Origin: Paludibacteraceae bacterium
GTDB lineage: Bacteria; Bacteroidota; Bacteroidia; Bacteroidales; Paludibacteraceae
Length of the DNA: 64,000 nt
Direction: 5' to 3'
NCBI GenBank assembly: GCA_034090015.1
Contig: JAXDTJ010000018.1
Location: 41,740 to 105,739, forward strand
The notes under the pieces are model-generated. The model was not told where the DNA came from, did not search any database, and saw only the letters and a list, made by a program, of their open reading frames with translations. Position numbers and translations under genes: made by a program. Of this stretch, positions 35,312 to 42,728 are shown in pieces (the first letter of the stretch is position 1; every line of letters begins with the position of its first letter).

Positions 35312-36553
35312 ATGTTTCCCAATCCTTGCTACATAGTGGAAGAGCGGCTTCTGCACCGTAACCTCGCGCTGATAAAGCGCGTGGCGGATGAGACGGGCGT
35401 GGAGATAATCTTGGCATTCAAGGCGTTTGCGCTTTGGAAGACTTTCCCTATCTTCCGTGAGTATATTCAGCATACCACGGCTTCGAGTGTCTATGAGGCG
35501 CGGCTGGCATACGAGCAATTCGGTGCCCCCGCGCACACCTATAGCCCCGCCTACACGGAGGAGAACTTCCCCGAGTTTCTGCGGTATTCGAGCCATATCA
35601 CGTTCAATAGTTTGAGTCAGTGGGAGAGATTTGGAAGGATCCAAGAACCAAGAACCGAGAACCAAGAGGGGAGAGTCTCTTTCGGCATACGTATTAACCC
35701 TGAGTATTCGGAGATAGAGACCTTGCTCTACAATCCTACGGCGCCCGGGTCGCGGTTTGGCGTGCTGGCGGAGCAGTTGGAGACCTATTGCGAGGCGCGT
35801 GGCGGGAGGCTGCCCGAAGGATTGGAGGGCTTTCATTGCCACTGCCATTGCGAGGATGATTCCTACACTTTCGAGCGGACGCTGCAACACATAGAGGCGA
35901 AGTTCGGCAAGTGGTTCCCGCAGTTGCAATGGCTCAACCTCGGCGGCGGGCACCTGATGACCCGCAAGGACTACGATGTGGAGCATCTGATAGGGTTGCT
36001 CAAAGGACTGCGCAGCCGCTATCCGCACCTGAAGATACTGCTTGAGCCCGGCAGCGCGTTTGCTTGGCAGACGGGTGTGCTGACGAGCAAGGTGGTGGAT
36101 ATCGTGGAGAACCACGGTATACGGACGGCAATACTGAACGTGTCGTTTGCCTGCCACATGCCCGACACGCTGGAGATGCCCTATCAACCGGCAGTGAGGG
36201 GAGCAAGACCCACCCCTCCCCTCCCTGAAGCCACCCCACTACGCGTTGCTTGTGGGGACCCCGGAAAGGGAGGGAGTGAAGACCCCCGCGAGGTAGGGAG
36301 TGAAGAGGGGTATCGGTATCGCCTTGGGGGCAATAGTTGTCTGTCGGGGGACTGGATAGGCGATTGGGTGTTTGACCACGAGTTGCAGATTGGGGAGGAG
36401 ATAATCTTTGAGGATATGATTCACTACACCACGGTGAAGACGCACATGTTCAACGGCATTGCTCATCCCTCGCTGGGAATACGCCGCGAAGACGGCACGG
36501 AGGAAGTGCTCCGCACATTTGATTACGAAGATTACTTGAATAGGATGGACTGA
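35312..36553 (+). CDS. nspC: carboxynorspermidine/carboxyspermidine decarboxylase
   Basis: N-terminus PCYIVEERLLHRNLALIK...ILAFKAF (PLP Lys), then LGG.SCLSGD and HYTTVKTHMFNG blocks. It carries two repeat-derived in-frame inserts. Confidence 0.85.
   Translation: MFPNPCYIVEERLLHRNLALIKRVADETGVEIILAFKAFALWKTFPIFREYIQHTTASSVYEARLAYEQFGAPAHTYSPAYTEENFPEFLRYSSHITFNSLSQWERFGRIQEPRTENQEGRVSFGIRINPEYSEIETLLYNPTAPGSRFGVLAEQLETYCEARGGRLPEGLEGFHCHCHCEDDSYTFERTLQHIEAKFGKWFPQLQWLNLGGGHLMTRKDYDVEHLIGLLKGLRSRYPHLKILLEPGSAFAWQTGVLTSKVVDIVENHGIRTAILNVSFACHMPDTLEMPYQPAVRGARPTPPLPEATPLRVACGDPGKGGSEDPREVGSEEGYRYRLGGNSCLSGDWIGDWVFDHELQIGEEIIFEDMIHYTTVKTHMFNGIAHPSLGIRREDGTEEVLRTFDYEDYLNRMD
35637..35671. repeat. 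AAGAACC words in-frame in nspC
   Basis: GGATCCAAGAACCAAGAACCGAGAACCAAGAGGGG. The same word occurs at 32846. Confidence 0.75.
36205..36312. repeat. GC-rich repeat block in-frame in nspC
   Basis: Contains CACCCCACTACGCGTTGCTTGTGGGGACCCCGG, which matches 38593-38630 (CACCCCACTGCGCGTTGCTTGCGGGGACCCCGC). Confidence 0.8.
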
Positions 36554-36560
36554 TATTAAA

Positions 36561-36645
36561 CTTGTAATTTGTAATTTTTAATTTGTAATTTTTAATTGCC
36601 ATTCGGCGAAAATAATTACAAATTAAAAATTAAACATTAAAAATT
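36561..36645. repeat. TGTAATTT-word hairpin between nspC and speA
   Basis: Left arm CTTGTAATTTGTAATTTTTAATTTGTAATTTTTAATT, loop GCCATTCGGCGAAA, complementary right arm. Confidence 0.85.
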
Positions 36646-36647
36646 GC

Positions 36648-38546
36648 ATGAAACGCTGGCATATAAAAGATAGTGCAGAACTGTACAACCTGCAGGGTTG
36701 GGGCGTGAACTATTTCGATATCAACGAGAAAGGGCACATGGTGGTTACCCCCAAGAAAGATGACAATCAGATAGATATCCGCGAACTGATTGACGAGTTG
36801 GCATTGCGCGACATTCAGCCGCCCGTGCTGCTGCGTTTCTCGGATATCATCGAGAACCGTATCGAGCGCATGAACGAATGCTACGAGCATGCCGCGAAAG
36901 AGTACGGCTACAAGGGCGAATGCTTCTTGGTGTATCCTATCAAGGTCAACCAGATGCAGCCCGTGGTGCACGAGATAGTGAGCCACGGCAAGAAGTTCAA
37001 TATCGGGCTGGAGGCAGGCAGTAAGCCGGAGTTGCACGCCGTGATAGCCGTCAATCAGGAGCCCGACTCCATCATCATCTGCAACGGCTACAAAGACGAG
37101 GCGTATATTGAGTTGGCTTTGCTCGCGCAGAAGATGGGCAAGCATATCTATATCGTTGCTGAGAAACTGAACGAGTTGGAACTCATTGCAAAAGTGTCGG
37201 AGCGGCTGGGTGTGCGCCCGAACATCGGCATCCGCATCAAGTTAGCGTCGGTAGGCTCGGGCAAGTGGGAAGAGTCGGGCGGCGATGCGTCGAAGTTCGG
37301 ACTGACCAGCAGCGAGTTGCTGGAAGCCCTCGAGACGCTGGACGCGCACCGGATGCACGACTGTCTGAAACTGATACACTTCCATATCGGCAGCCAAATC
37401 ACCAACATCCGCAACGTGAAGACGGCTATCCGCGAGGCGGCGCAGTACTACGTGCAACTGCACAAATTAGGTTTCCCCGTGGAGTTTGTGGATGCCGGCG
37501 GCGGGCTGGGCGTGGACTACGACGGCACGCGGTCGAGCAACTCAGAGTCGTCGGTCAACTACTCTATCCAAGAGTACGTCAACGATATCATGTACGGGCT
37601 GATAGAGGCGGCGGACAAGAACAACCTGCCGCACCCGAATATCATCACCGAGTCGGGGCGCTCGCTCAGTGCCCACCACACGGTGCTCATCATGGAGGTG
37701 CTGGAGACGGCGCACCTACCCGAGATGCCCGAAGAATGGGAGGTAGGCGAAGGCGACCACCAGTTGGTGAAAGACCTGTACGAGATTTGGGACAACCTCA
37801 CGCAACGGTCTGCGTTGGAGAGTTGGCACGATGCGGAGCAGATACGCGACGAGGTGGTGGAACTGTTCAGCCACGGGCTCATTGACCTGCGCACCCGCGC
37901 ACAGATAGAGAAACTCTATTGGTCGGTAACGCGCGAGATAGCCTCGCTCGCCAACCAGATGCGGCGCGTGCCCGAGGAGTTGGAGAAAGTGAATAAACTA
38001 TTGGCAGACAAGTACTTCTGCAATTTCTCGCTCTTCCAATCCATGCCCGACACATGGGCTATCGACCAAGTGTTCCCCATCATGCCTATCCAACGGCTCG
38101 ATGAGATGCCCGACCGCCATGCGACGATACAAGACATCACCTGCGACTCCGATGGCAAGGTGCAGAAATATGTCTCGGAGGGGACGCTGACGAAATCGCT
38201 GCCCGTGCATTCGTTGCGCAAAGGCGAGCCCTACTACATTGGTGTCTTCCTCGTGGGGGCGTACCAGGAAATCTTGGGAACTATCCACAACCTCTTCGGC
38301 GATGTTACCGCCGTGCATATCGCGATGAAAGACGAGGGCTACTCCATCGAGCAGACCATCGATGGCGAGAGCGTGCAGGATGTGCTGCGCTGGACGGAGT
38401 ACGATGTGAAGAAGATGGTGCGCACGCTGGAGACTTGGGTAACGAAGTCGGTGAAAGCAGGGAAAATCACCCTCGCCGAGGGCAAAGAGTTCCTCTCCAA
38501 CTACCGCTCCGGATTGTACGGATATACCTATTTGGAAAGGGAATAA
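36648..38546 (+). CDS. speA: biosynthetic arginine decarboxylase
   Basis: 632 aa. WGVNYFDINEKGH start, YPIKVNQ PLP-lysine block, HFHIGSQ, and C-terminal GYTYLE. Confidence 0.9.
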   Translation: MKRWHIKDSAELYNLQGWGVNYFDINEKGHMVVTPKKDDNQIDIRELIDELALRDIQPPVLLRFSDIIENRIERMNECYEHAAKEYGYKGECFLVYPIKVNQMQPVVHEIVSHGKKFNIGLEAGSKPELHAVIAVNQEPDSIIICNGYKDEAYIELALLAQKMGKHIYIVAEKLNELELIAKVSERLGVRPNIGIRIKLASVGSGKWEESGGDASKFGLTSSELLEALETLDAHRMHDCLKLIHFHIGSQITNIRNVKTAIREAAQYYVQLHKLGFPVEFVDAGGGLGVDYDGTRSSNSESSVNYSIQEYVNDIMYGLIEAADKNNLPHPNIITESGRSLSAHHTVLIMEVLETAHLPEMPEEWEVGEGDHQLVKDLYEIWDNLTQRSALESWHDAEQIRDEVVELFSHGLIDLRTRAQIEKLYWSVTREIASLANQMRRVPEELEKVNKLLADKYFCNFSLFQSMPDTWAIDQVFPIMPIQRLDEMPDRHATIQDITCDSDGKVQKYVSEGTLTKSLPVHSLRKGEPYYIGVFLVGAYQEILGTIHNLFGDVTAVHIAMKDEGYSIEQTIDGESVQDVLRWTEYDVKKMVRTLETWVTKSVKAGKITLAEGKEFLSNYRSGLYGYTYLERE

Positions 38547-38560
38547 AAGCCCCTGCGAGG

Positions 38561-38710
38561 CCCAGGACCCCCTCCTACTCCCCCTACAAGAGCACCCCAC
38601 TGCGCGTTGCTTGCGGGGACCCCGCGAGGGGGAGAGTATAAAATAACTATTGTATAACTAAAACTAATTTCCCAACTCCCTCCCTTGTAGGGAGGGTTGG
38701 GGAGAGTCCT
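38561..38710. repeat. GC-rich composite palindrome between speA and the dehydrogenase gene
   Basis: CCCCTACAAGAG on the left and CTCCCTTGTAGGGAGGG on the right. It ends at the ATG at 38711. Confidence 0.75.
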
Positions 38711-39964
38711 ATGAATCGAGTATTATTGATTGGCTGTGGAGGTGTAGGCACCGTGGCAGCCCACAAGTTGGCTCAGAATCCCGATGTGTTCGGTGAGATT
38801 TGTATCGCGAGCCGCACCAAGTCGAAATGTGATGCGACGGCGGAGGCTATCCGCGCGAAGCACTACACGAAGAACGGCTTGCAGTCTGTCATCACCACCG
38901 CGCAAGTGGATGCCGACGATGTGGCAGCGCTGGTGGCGCTGATGAAGGAGTACAAGCCCGCACTGTGTATCAACCTTGCACTTCCCTACCAAGACCTGAC
39001 CATCATGGACGCTTGTCTGGAAGCAGGGGTGCACTACATGGACACCGCCAACTACGAGCCGAAAGATGAGGCGCACTTTGAGTATTCATGGCAGTGGGCT
39101 TATCGCGAGCGTTTTGAGAAAGCAGGGCTCTGCGCGCTGCTCGGCTGCGGCTTCGACCCGGGCGTAACCTCCATCTTCACTGCCTATGCGGCGAAGCACT
39201 ACTTCAAGGAGATTCACTACCTCGACATCGTGGACTGCAACGCGGGCAACCATCACAAAGCATTCGCCACCAACTTCAACCCCGAAATCAACATCCGCGA
39301 GATTACCCAAAAGGGACTCTACTGGGAGAACGGCGCTTACCACGAGACGGAGCCGATGGAGATTCACAAGACGCTCCACTATCCGAATATCGGTCCGAAG
39401 GAGAGTTACCTGCTCCACCACGAGGAGATAGAGTCGCTCGTCATCAACTACCCGACCATCAAGCGTGCGCGCTTCTGGATGACCTTCGGACAGCAGTATC
39501 TGAACTACCTCGACGTGATTCAGAACATCGGCATGGCGCGTATCGATGAGATAGAGTACAAAGCGCCGAAAGCCGATGGCACGGGCGATGAAGTGGTGAA
39601 GATAGTGCCCTTGCAGTTCCTGAAAGCCGTGCTGCCGAACCCCAAGGAGTTGGGCGAGAACTACGACGGCGAGACCTCTATCGGTTGCCGTATCCGCGGC
39701 ATCGGCAACGACGGGCAGGAGCACACCTACTATGTCTGGAACAACTGCTCCCACCGTGCTGCTTACGAGGAGACGGGCATGCAGGGCGTCAGTTACACCA
39801 CGGGCGTGCCGGCGATGATTGGCGCGATGATGATGCTCACGGGCAAGTGGCTCCGCGCGGGTGTGCACAACGTGGAAGAGTTCGACCCCGATCCCTTCAT
39901 GGAGATGCTCAACGTCCACGGACTGCCCTGGCACGAGGAGCACGACGGAGATTTGGAACTGTAA
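38711..39964 (+). CDS. carboxynorspermidine/carboxyspermidine dehydrogenase (saccharopine dehydrogenase family)
   Basis: VLLIGCGGVGTVAAHKL Rossmann start, ~415 aa, clustered with nspC/speA/speB. Confidence 0.85.
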   Translation: MNRVLLIGCGGVGTVAAHKLAQNPDVFGEICIASRTKSKCDATAEAIRAKHYTKNGLQSVITTAQVDADDVAALVALMKEYKPALCINLALPYQDLTIMDACLEAGVHYMDTANYEPKDEAHFEYSWQWAYRERFEKAGLCALLGCGFDPGVTSIFTAYAAKHYFKEIHYLDIVDCNAGNHHKAFATNFNPEINIREITQKGLYWENGAYHETEPMEIHKTLHYPNIGPKESYLLHHEEIESLVINYPTIKRARFWMTFGQQYLNYLDVIQNIGMARIDEIEYKAPKADGTGDEVVKIVPLQFLKAVLPNPKELGENYDGETSIGCRIRGIGNDGQEHTYYVWNNCSHRAAYEETGMQGVSYTTGVPAMIGAMMMLTGKWLRAGVHNVEEFDPDPFMEMLNVHGLPWHEEHDGDLEL

Positions 39965-39966
39965 AA

Positions 39967-40063
39967 ACAATTTGAAAGTTAACAATTTGAAAATTTGAAA
40001 ATGACGATGCAGAATTAATCATTTTCAAATTTTCAAATTTACAAATTTACAAATTTTCAAATT
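39967..40063. repeat. TTTGAAAA-word hairpin between dehydrogenase and GT2 genes
   Basis: TTTGAAAATTTGAAAATGA - loop - TCATTTTCAAATTTTCAAA... Confidence 0.85.
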
Positions 40064-40071
40064 AAGACTTT

Positions 40072-41028
40072 ATGGATATATCAATTATTGTTCCCTTGTA
40101 CAACGAGGCAGAGTCGCTGCCGAAACTCTATGAATGGATAGTGCGCGTGATGAAAGAGCACGGGTACACCTATGAGATACTGTTTGTGAACGATGGCAGT
40201 ACGGATGCGTCGTGGCAAGTGATAGAAGACCTCGCCAAATCAGCAGCGGAAGGCACTGTGCACGGTATCTCTTTCCGCCGCAATTACGGCAAGTCGGCTG
40301 CTCTCTACTGCGGCTTCCAAGCCGCACAAGGCGAGGTCGTCATCACGATGGATGCCGACCTGCAAGACTCGCCCGACGAGATACCCGAACTCTATCGCAT
40401 GATTACCGAGGACGGTTTCGACCTCGTGAGCGGCTGGAAACAAAAACGCTATGATAACAAACTGACCAAGAACTTGCCGAGCAAACTCTTCAACGCGACG
40501 GCTCGGCGGGTTACCGGTATTGCGCTCCACGACATGAACTGCGGGCTGAAAGCCTATCGGCAGGAGGTAGTGAAGAACATCGAGGTCTTCTCGGAGATGC
40601 ACCGCTATATCCCGTACCTCGCTAAGAATGCGGGATTCACCAAGATTGGCGAGAAAGTGGTGCAACATCGCAAGCGTGAGTTCGGGGTATCGAAGTTCGG
40701 GTTGAGCCGCTTCGTGAACGGCTACCTCGACCTACTCACGCTGTGGTTCCTCAATAAGTTCGGCAAGCAGCCCATGCACTTCTTCGGGCTAATTGGCAGC
40801 CTGATGTTCTTCATCGGACTGGTGGCGGTGATAGTGGTAGCGGGAATGAAAGTGCATGCGCTGGCAAACGGTATTCCCGCCATGCTGATAGGCGTCAATC
40901 CCTACTTCCACATCGCCATCCTGATGATGATTCTCGGCTGCATGCTCTTCCTCGCAGGTTTCTTAGGCGAACTCATCATCCGCAACTCCGGCGAACGCAA
41001 CAACTACCTGATTGGGAAAAGAATATAA
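40072..41028 (+). CDS. family 2 glycosyltransferase (polyprenyl-phosphate sugar transferase-like, two C-terminal TM helices)
   Basis: ISIIVPLYNE, VNDGSTD and TMDADLQD motifs. The C-terminus is hydrophobic. Confidence 0.85.
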   Translation: MDISIIVPLYNEAESLPKLYEWIVRVMKEHGYTYEILFVNDGSTDASWQVIEDLAKSAAEGTVHGISFRRNYGKSAALYCGFQAAQGEVVITMDADLQDSPDEIPELYRMITEDGFDLVSGWKQKRYDNKLTKNLPSKLFNATARRVTGIALHDMNCGLKAYRQEVVKNIEVFSEMHRYIPYLAKNAGFTKIGEKVVQHRKREFGVSKFGLSRFVNGYLDLLTLWFLNKFGKQPMHFFGLIGSLMFFIGLVAVIVVAGMKVHALANGIPAMLIGVNPYFHIAILMMILGCMLFLAGFLGELIIRNSGERNNYLIGKRI

Positions 41029-41128
41029 CATTTGACAATTTGACAATTTACTATTTTACAATTAACCATGCGGCGCATAGTTGTCAAATTGTAAATTGTC
41101 AAATAGTCAAATAGTAAATTGTCAAATA
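41029..41128. repeat. GACAATTT-word hairpin between GT2 and hypothetical gene (inverted copy of the 35224 family)
   Basis: The loop CCATGCGGCGCATAG is the reverse complement of the 35258 loop. Confidence 0.85.
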
Positions 41129-42334
41129 ATGAAGCTTTCCGAGCAAGTAAATACCGTAGAGAGGGCATTGGGTGAACGCATGATTACCCATGCGATGGTG
41201 ATTGTGCGCCAATGGGCAAATGAGTTGGGCGATGAACTGTGTACAGGGCGGATTGACCAACTGGAGCAGAACTATCGCTATGTCTTCGATTATTACCTCT
41301 CTACCGAAGACCCCGATAGAGACGCTTTGCTCGACAAGATGACCGGCGAGGCTTATCGCATCACCGATGAGGTCTATGCCGCCCTGCGCGTGAAGCGCGG
41401 CATGTCGCCCGATATGCACGGCTTCAACCCCCGCAACCCCCAGAGCGTGATGCACTATTTCAGTTCCTGCGTGCAACTGAAGCCGGAGGACCTGCAATGG
41501 TTGCAGCAAGCAGCGCAGTATGAGCACTCTGCCGCCATCGCTATTGCCGCCTCTGCGGCGTTGGCACAGAACCTGCGCGAGTGCTTCAACGAAGCGGCGA
41601 TGCTGGCACTCATCGATGTGGCAAACGCCGACAACGGGCTGGTGGCTGACCAAGCGCTCGCTAACCTCATCCTGCTGCTTGCACACTACGATGTGCGTAT
41701 TGACTTTTTCCCCAATATACAAGACGCTTTTATGGAGCCGTTGGGCGATGGCACACGCGCTTTTGAAACGATGTGCGCCATCATACGCTCCACCAAGATG
41801 AATCTCCGCGATGTGCTGGCGTCAGGACAACTCTCTTTCGACGACCTGCCCGACGCACTCAAAGACTTGCTTGGCAGCACCGGCGACACTCCCGACATAG
41901 AGTCCATCGAGTCGTGGATGCCTGCATCGGAGAACGAGTATATGGCAGGGATTACCTCCATCCTGCCCGACACATGGGTGTATGCCGTCATCGTAGGGGA
42001 CAACGCGGAGCGCGAAGAGAAAGTAGCACTCACCTACTTGACAGTCGGAAAGATGGATATGCTGTGGGACAACCTCGAACCGGCGGAAGGCTGGCTCACT
42101 CAGCGTCTCTGCTCCGAGCAAGCCGCGCCTATCGACTATATCAACTACGGGCATTGCTGCTTCGTACGAGGCGACCGCATGATGGCGTATGAGAACTACC
42201 GCGAGGCGCGCAGCCGCTGCAAATCCGCCAAAGAGTTCTTCGCCCTCTTCCGCCCCGACAGACATTTCCTATTAGAGAAAGGCATACCCGTAGAGCAAAT
42301 CTACCTGATGGAAGACCAATTGCTGCGGTCGTAA
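41129..42334 (+). CDS. hypothetical protein (401 aa)
   Basis: Long ORF with host-like composition. The ATG at 41129 is chosen because the track start at 41081 lies inside a word repeat. I recognise no motif. Confidence 0.55.
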   Translation: MKLSEQVNTVERALGERMITHAMVIVRQWANELGDELCTGRIDQLEQNYRYVFDYYLSTEDPDRDALLDKMTGEAYRITDEVYAALRVKRGMSPDMHGFNPRNPQSVMHYFSSCVQLKPEDLQWLQQAAQYEHSAAIAIAASAALAQNLRECFNEAAMLALIDVANADNGLVADQALANLILLLAHYDVRIDFFPNIQDAFMEPLGDGTRAFETMCAIIRSTKMNLRDVLASGQLSFDDLPDALKDLLGSTGDTPDIESIESWMPASENEYMAGITSILPDTWVYAVIVGDNAEREEKVALTYLTVGKMDMLWDNLEPAEGWLTQRLCSEQAAPIDYINYGHCCFVRGDRMMAYENYREARSRCKSAKEFFALFRPDRHFLLEKGIPVEQIYLMEDQLLRS

Positions 42335-42348
42335 AAAGACAAATCAAT

Positions 42349-42392
42349 AAAGAGGCGGTCTAACAACTCCAAATTAGGCAGTCTCTTTTTTC
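42349..42392 (+). terminator. degenerate terminator-like hairpin after hypothetical gene (left copy of island-flanking repeat)
   Basis: AAAGAGGCGGTCTAACAACTCCAAATTAGGCAGTCTCTTTTTT. The stem is imperfect and a T-run is present. Confidence 0.4.
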
Positions 42393-42454
42393 TTGATTTA
42401 TTACATTTTTTGTGAAAAAGTGTATATTTATTTGCAAATATAAAAAATAAGCAG

Positions 42455-42462
42455 TATCTTTG
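42455..42462 (+). promoter_or_regulatory. -7 box TATCTTTG for LRR surface-protein operon
   Basis: AATAAGCAGTATCTTTGC context, 266 nt before the ATG at 42729. Confidence 0.45.
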
Positions 42463-42496
42463 CATTATAATTTAGTAGCACTTCGCTATTTCCGTA

Positions 42497-42538
42497 GTGT
42501 ATCAGTTTAGACGTTCGTCTAAACTGATACACTTTTTT
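42497..42538 (+). promoter_or_regulatory. leader hairpin 1 + T6 (terminator/attenuator-like) downstream of the LRR operon promoter
   Basis: Perfect 16-bp stem GTGTATCAGTTTAGAC-GTTC-GTCTAAACTGATACAC followed by TTTTTT. Confidence 0.6.
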
Positions 42539-42570
42539 ATGCCTTTTTCATTCTATTTTTCGGTCTTTTA

Positions 42571-42613
42571 GTGTGTAAGTTTAGACGTTCCTCTAAACTA
42601 TCTCACTTTTTTG
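42571..42613 (+). promoter_or_regulatory. leader hairpin 2 + T6, diverged copy of hairpin 1
   Basis: GTGTGTAAGTTTAGACGTTCCTCTAAACTATCTCAC followed by TTTTTT. Confidence 0.5.
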
Positions 42614-42728
42614 TTTAACCTCTTTGTTTTCATCCTAATACATAAAACTATTTAGTCATCAAAAAAAACGATAGAGACACTATTGAGTATAATCATTTTT
42701 TTTAACCATAATAAATCAAATTAAAATT

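Noticed and set aside
35285-39985. 300-aa (35285-36187) and 299-aa (39086-39985) minus-strand ORFs, and 200-aa 37998-38600
   Set aside because: They are antisense shadows of nspC, the dehydrogenase gene and speA.
41081-41128. Upstream starts offered by the ORF track (41081, and likewise 59358, 14435, 19661, 13518)
   Set aside because: The extensions either translate repeat words (MSNCKLSNSQIVNCQI), precede an obvious lipoprotein signal, or create overlaps. I preferred the downstream ATGs, with reduced confidence.
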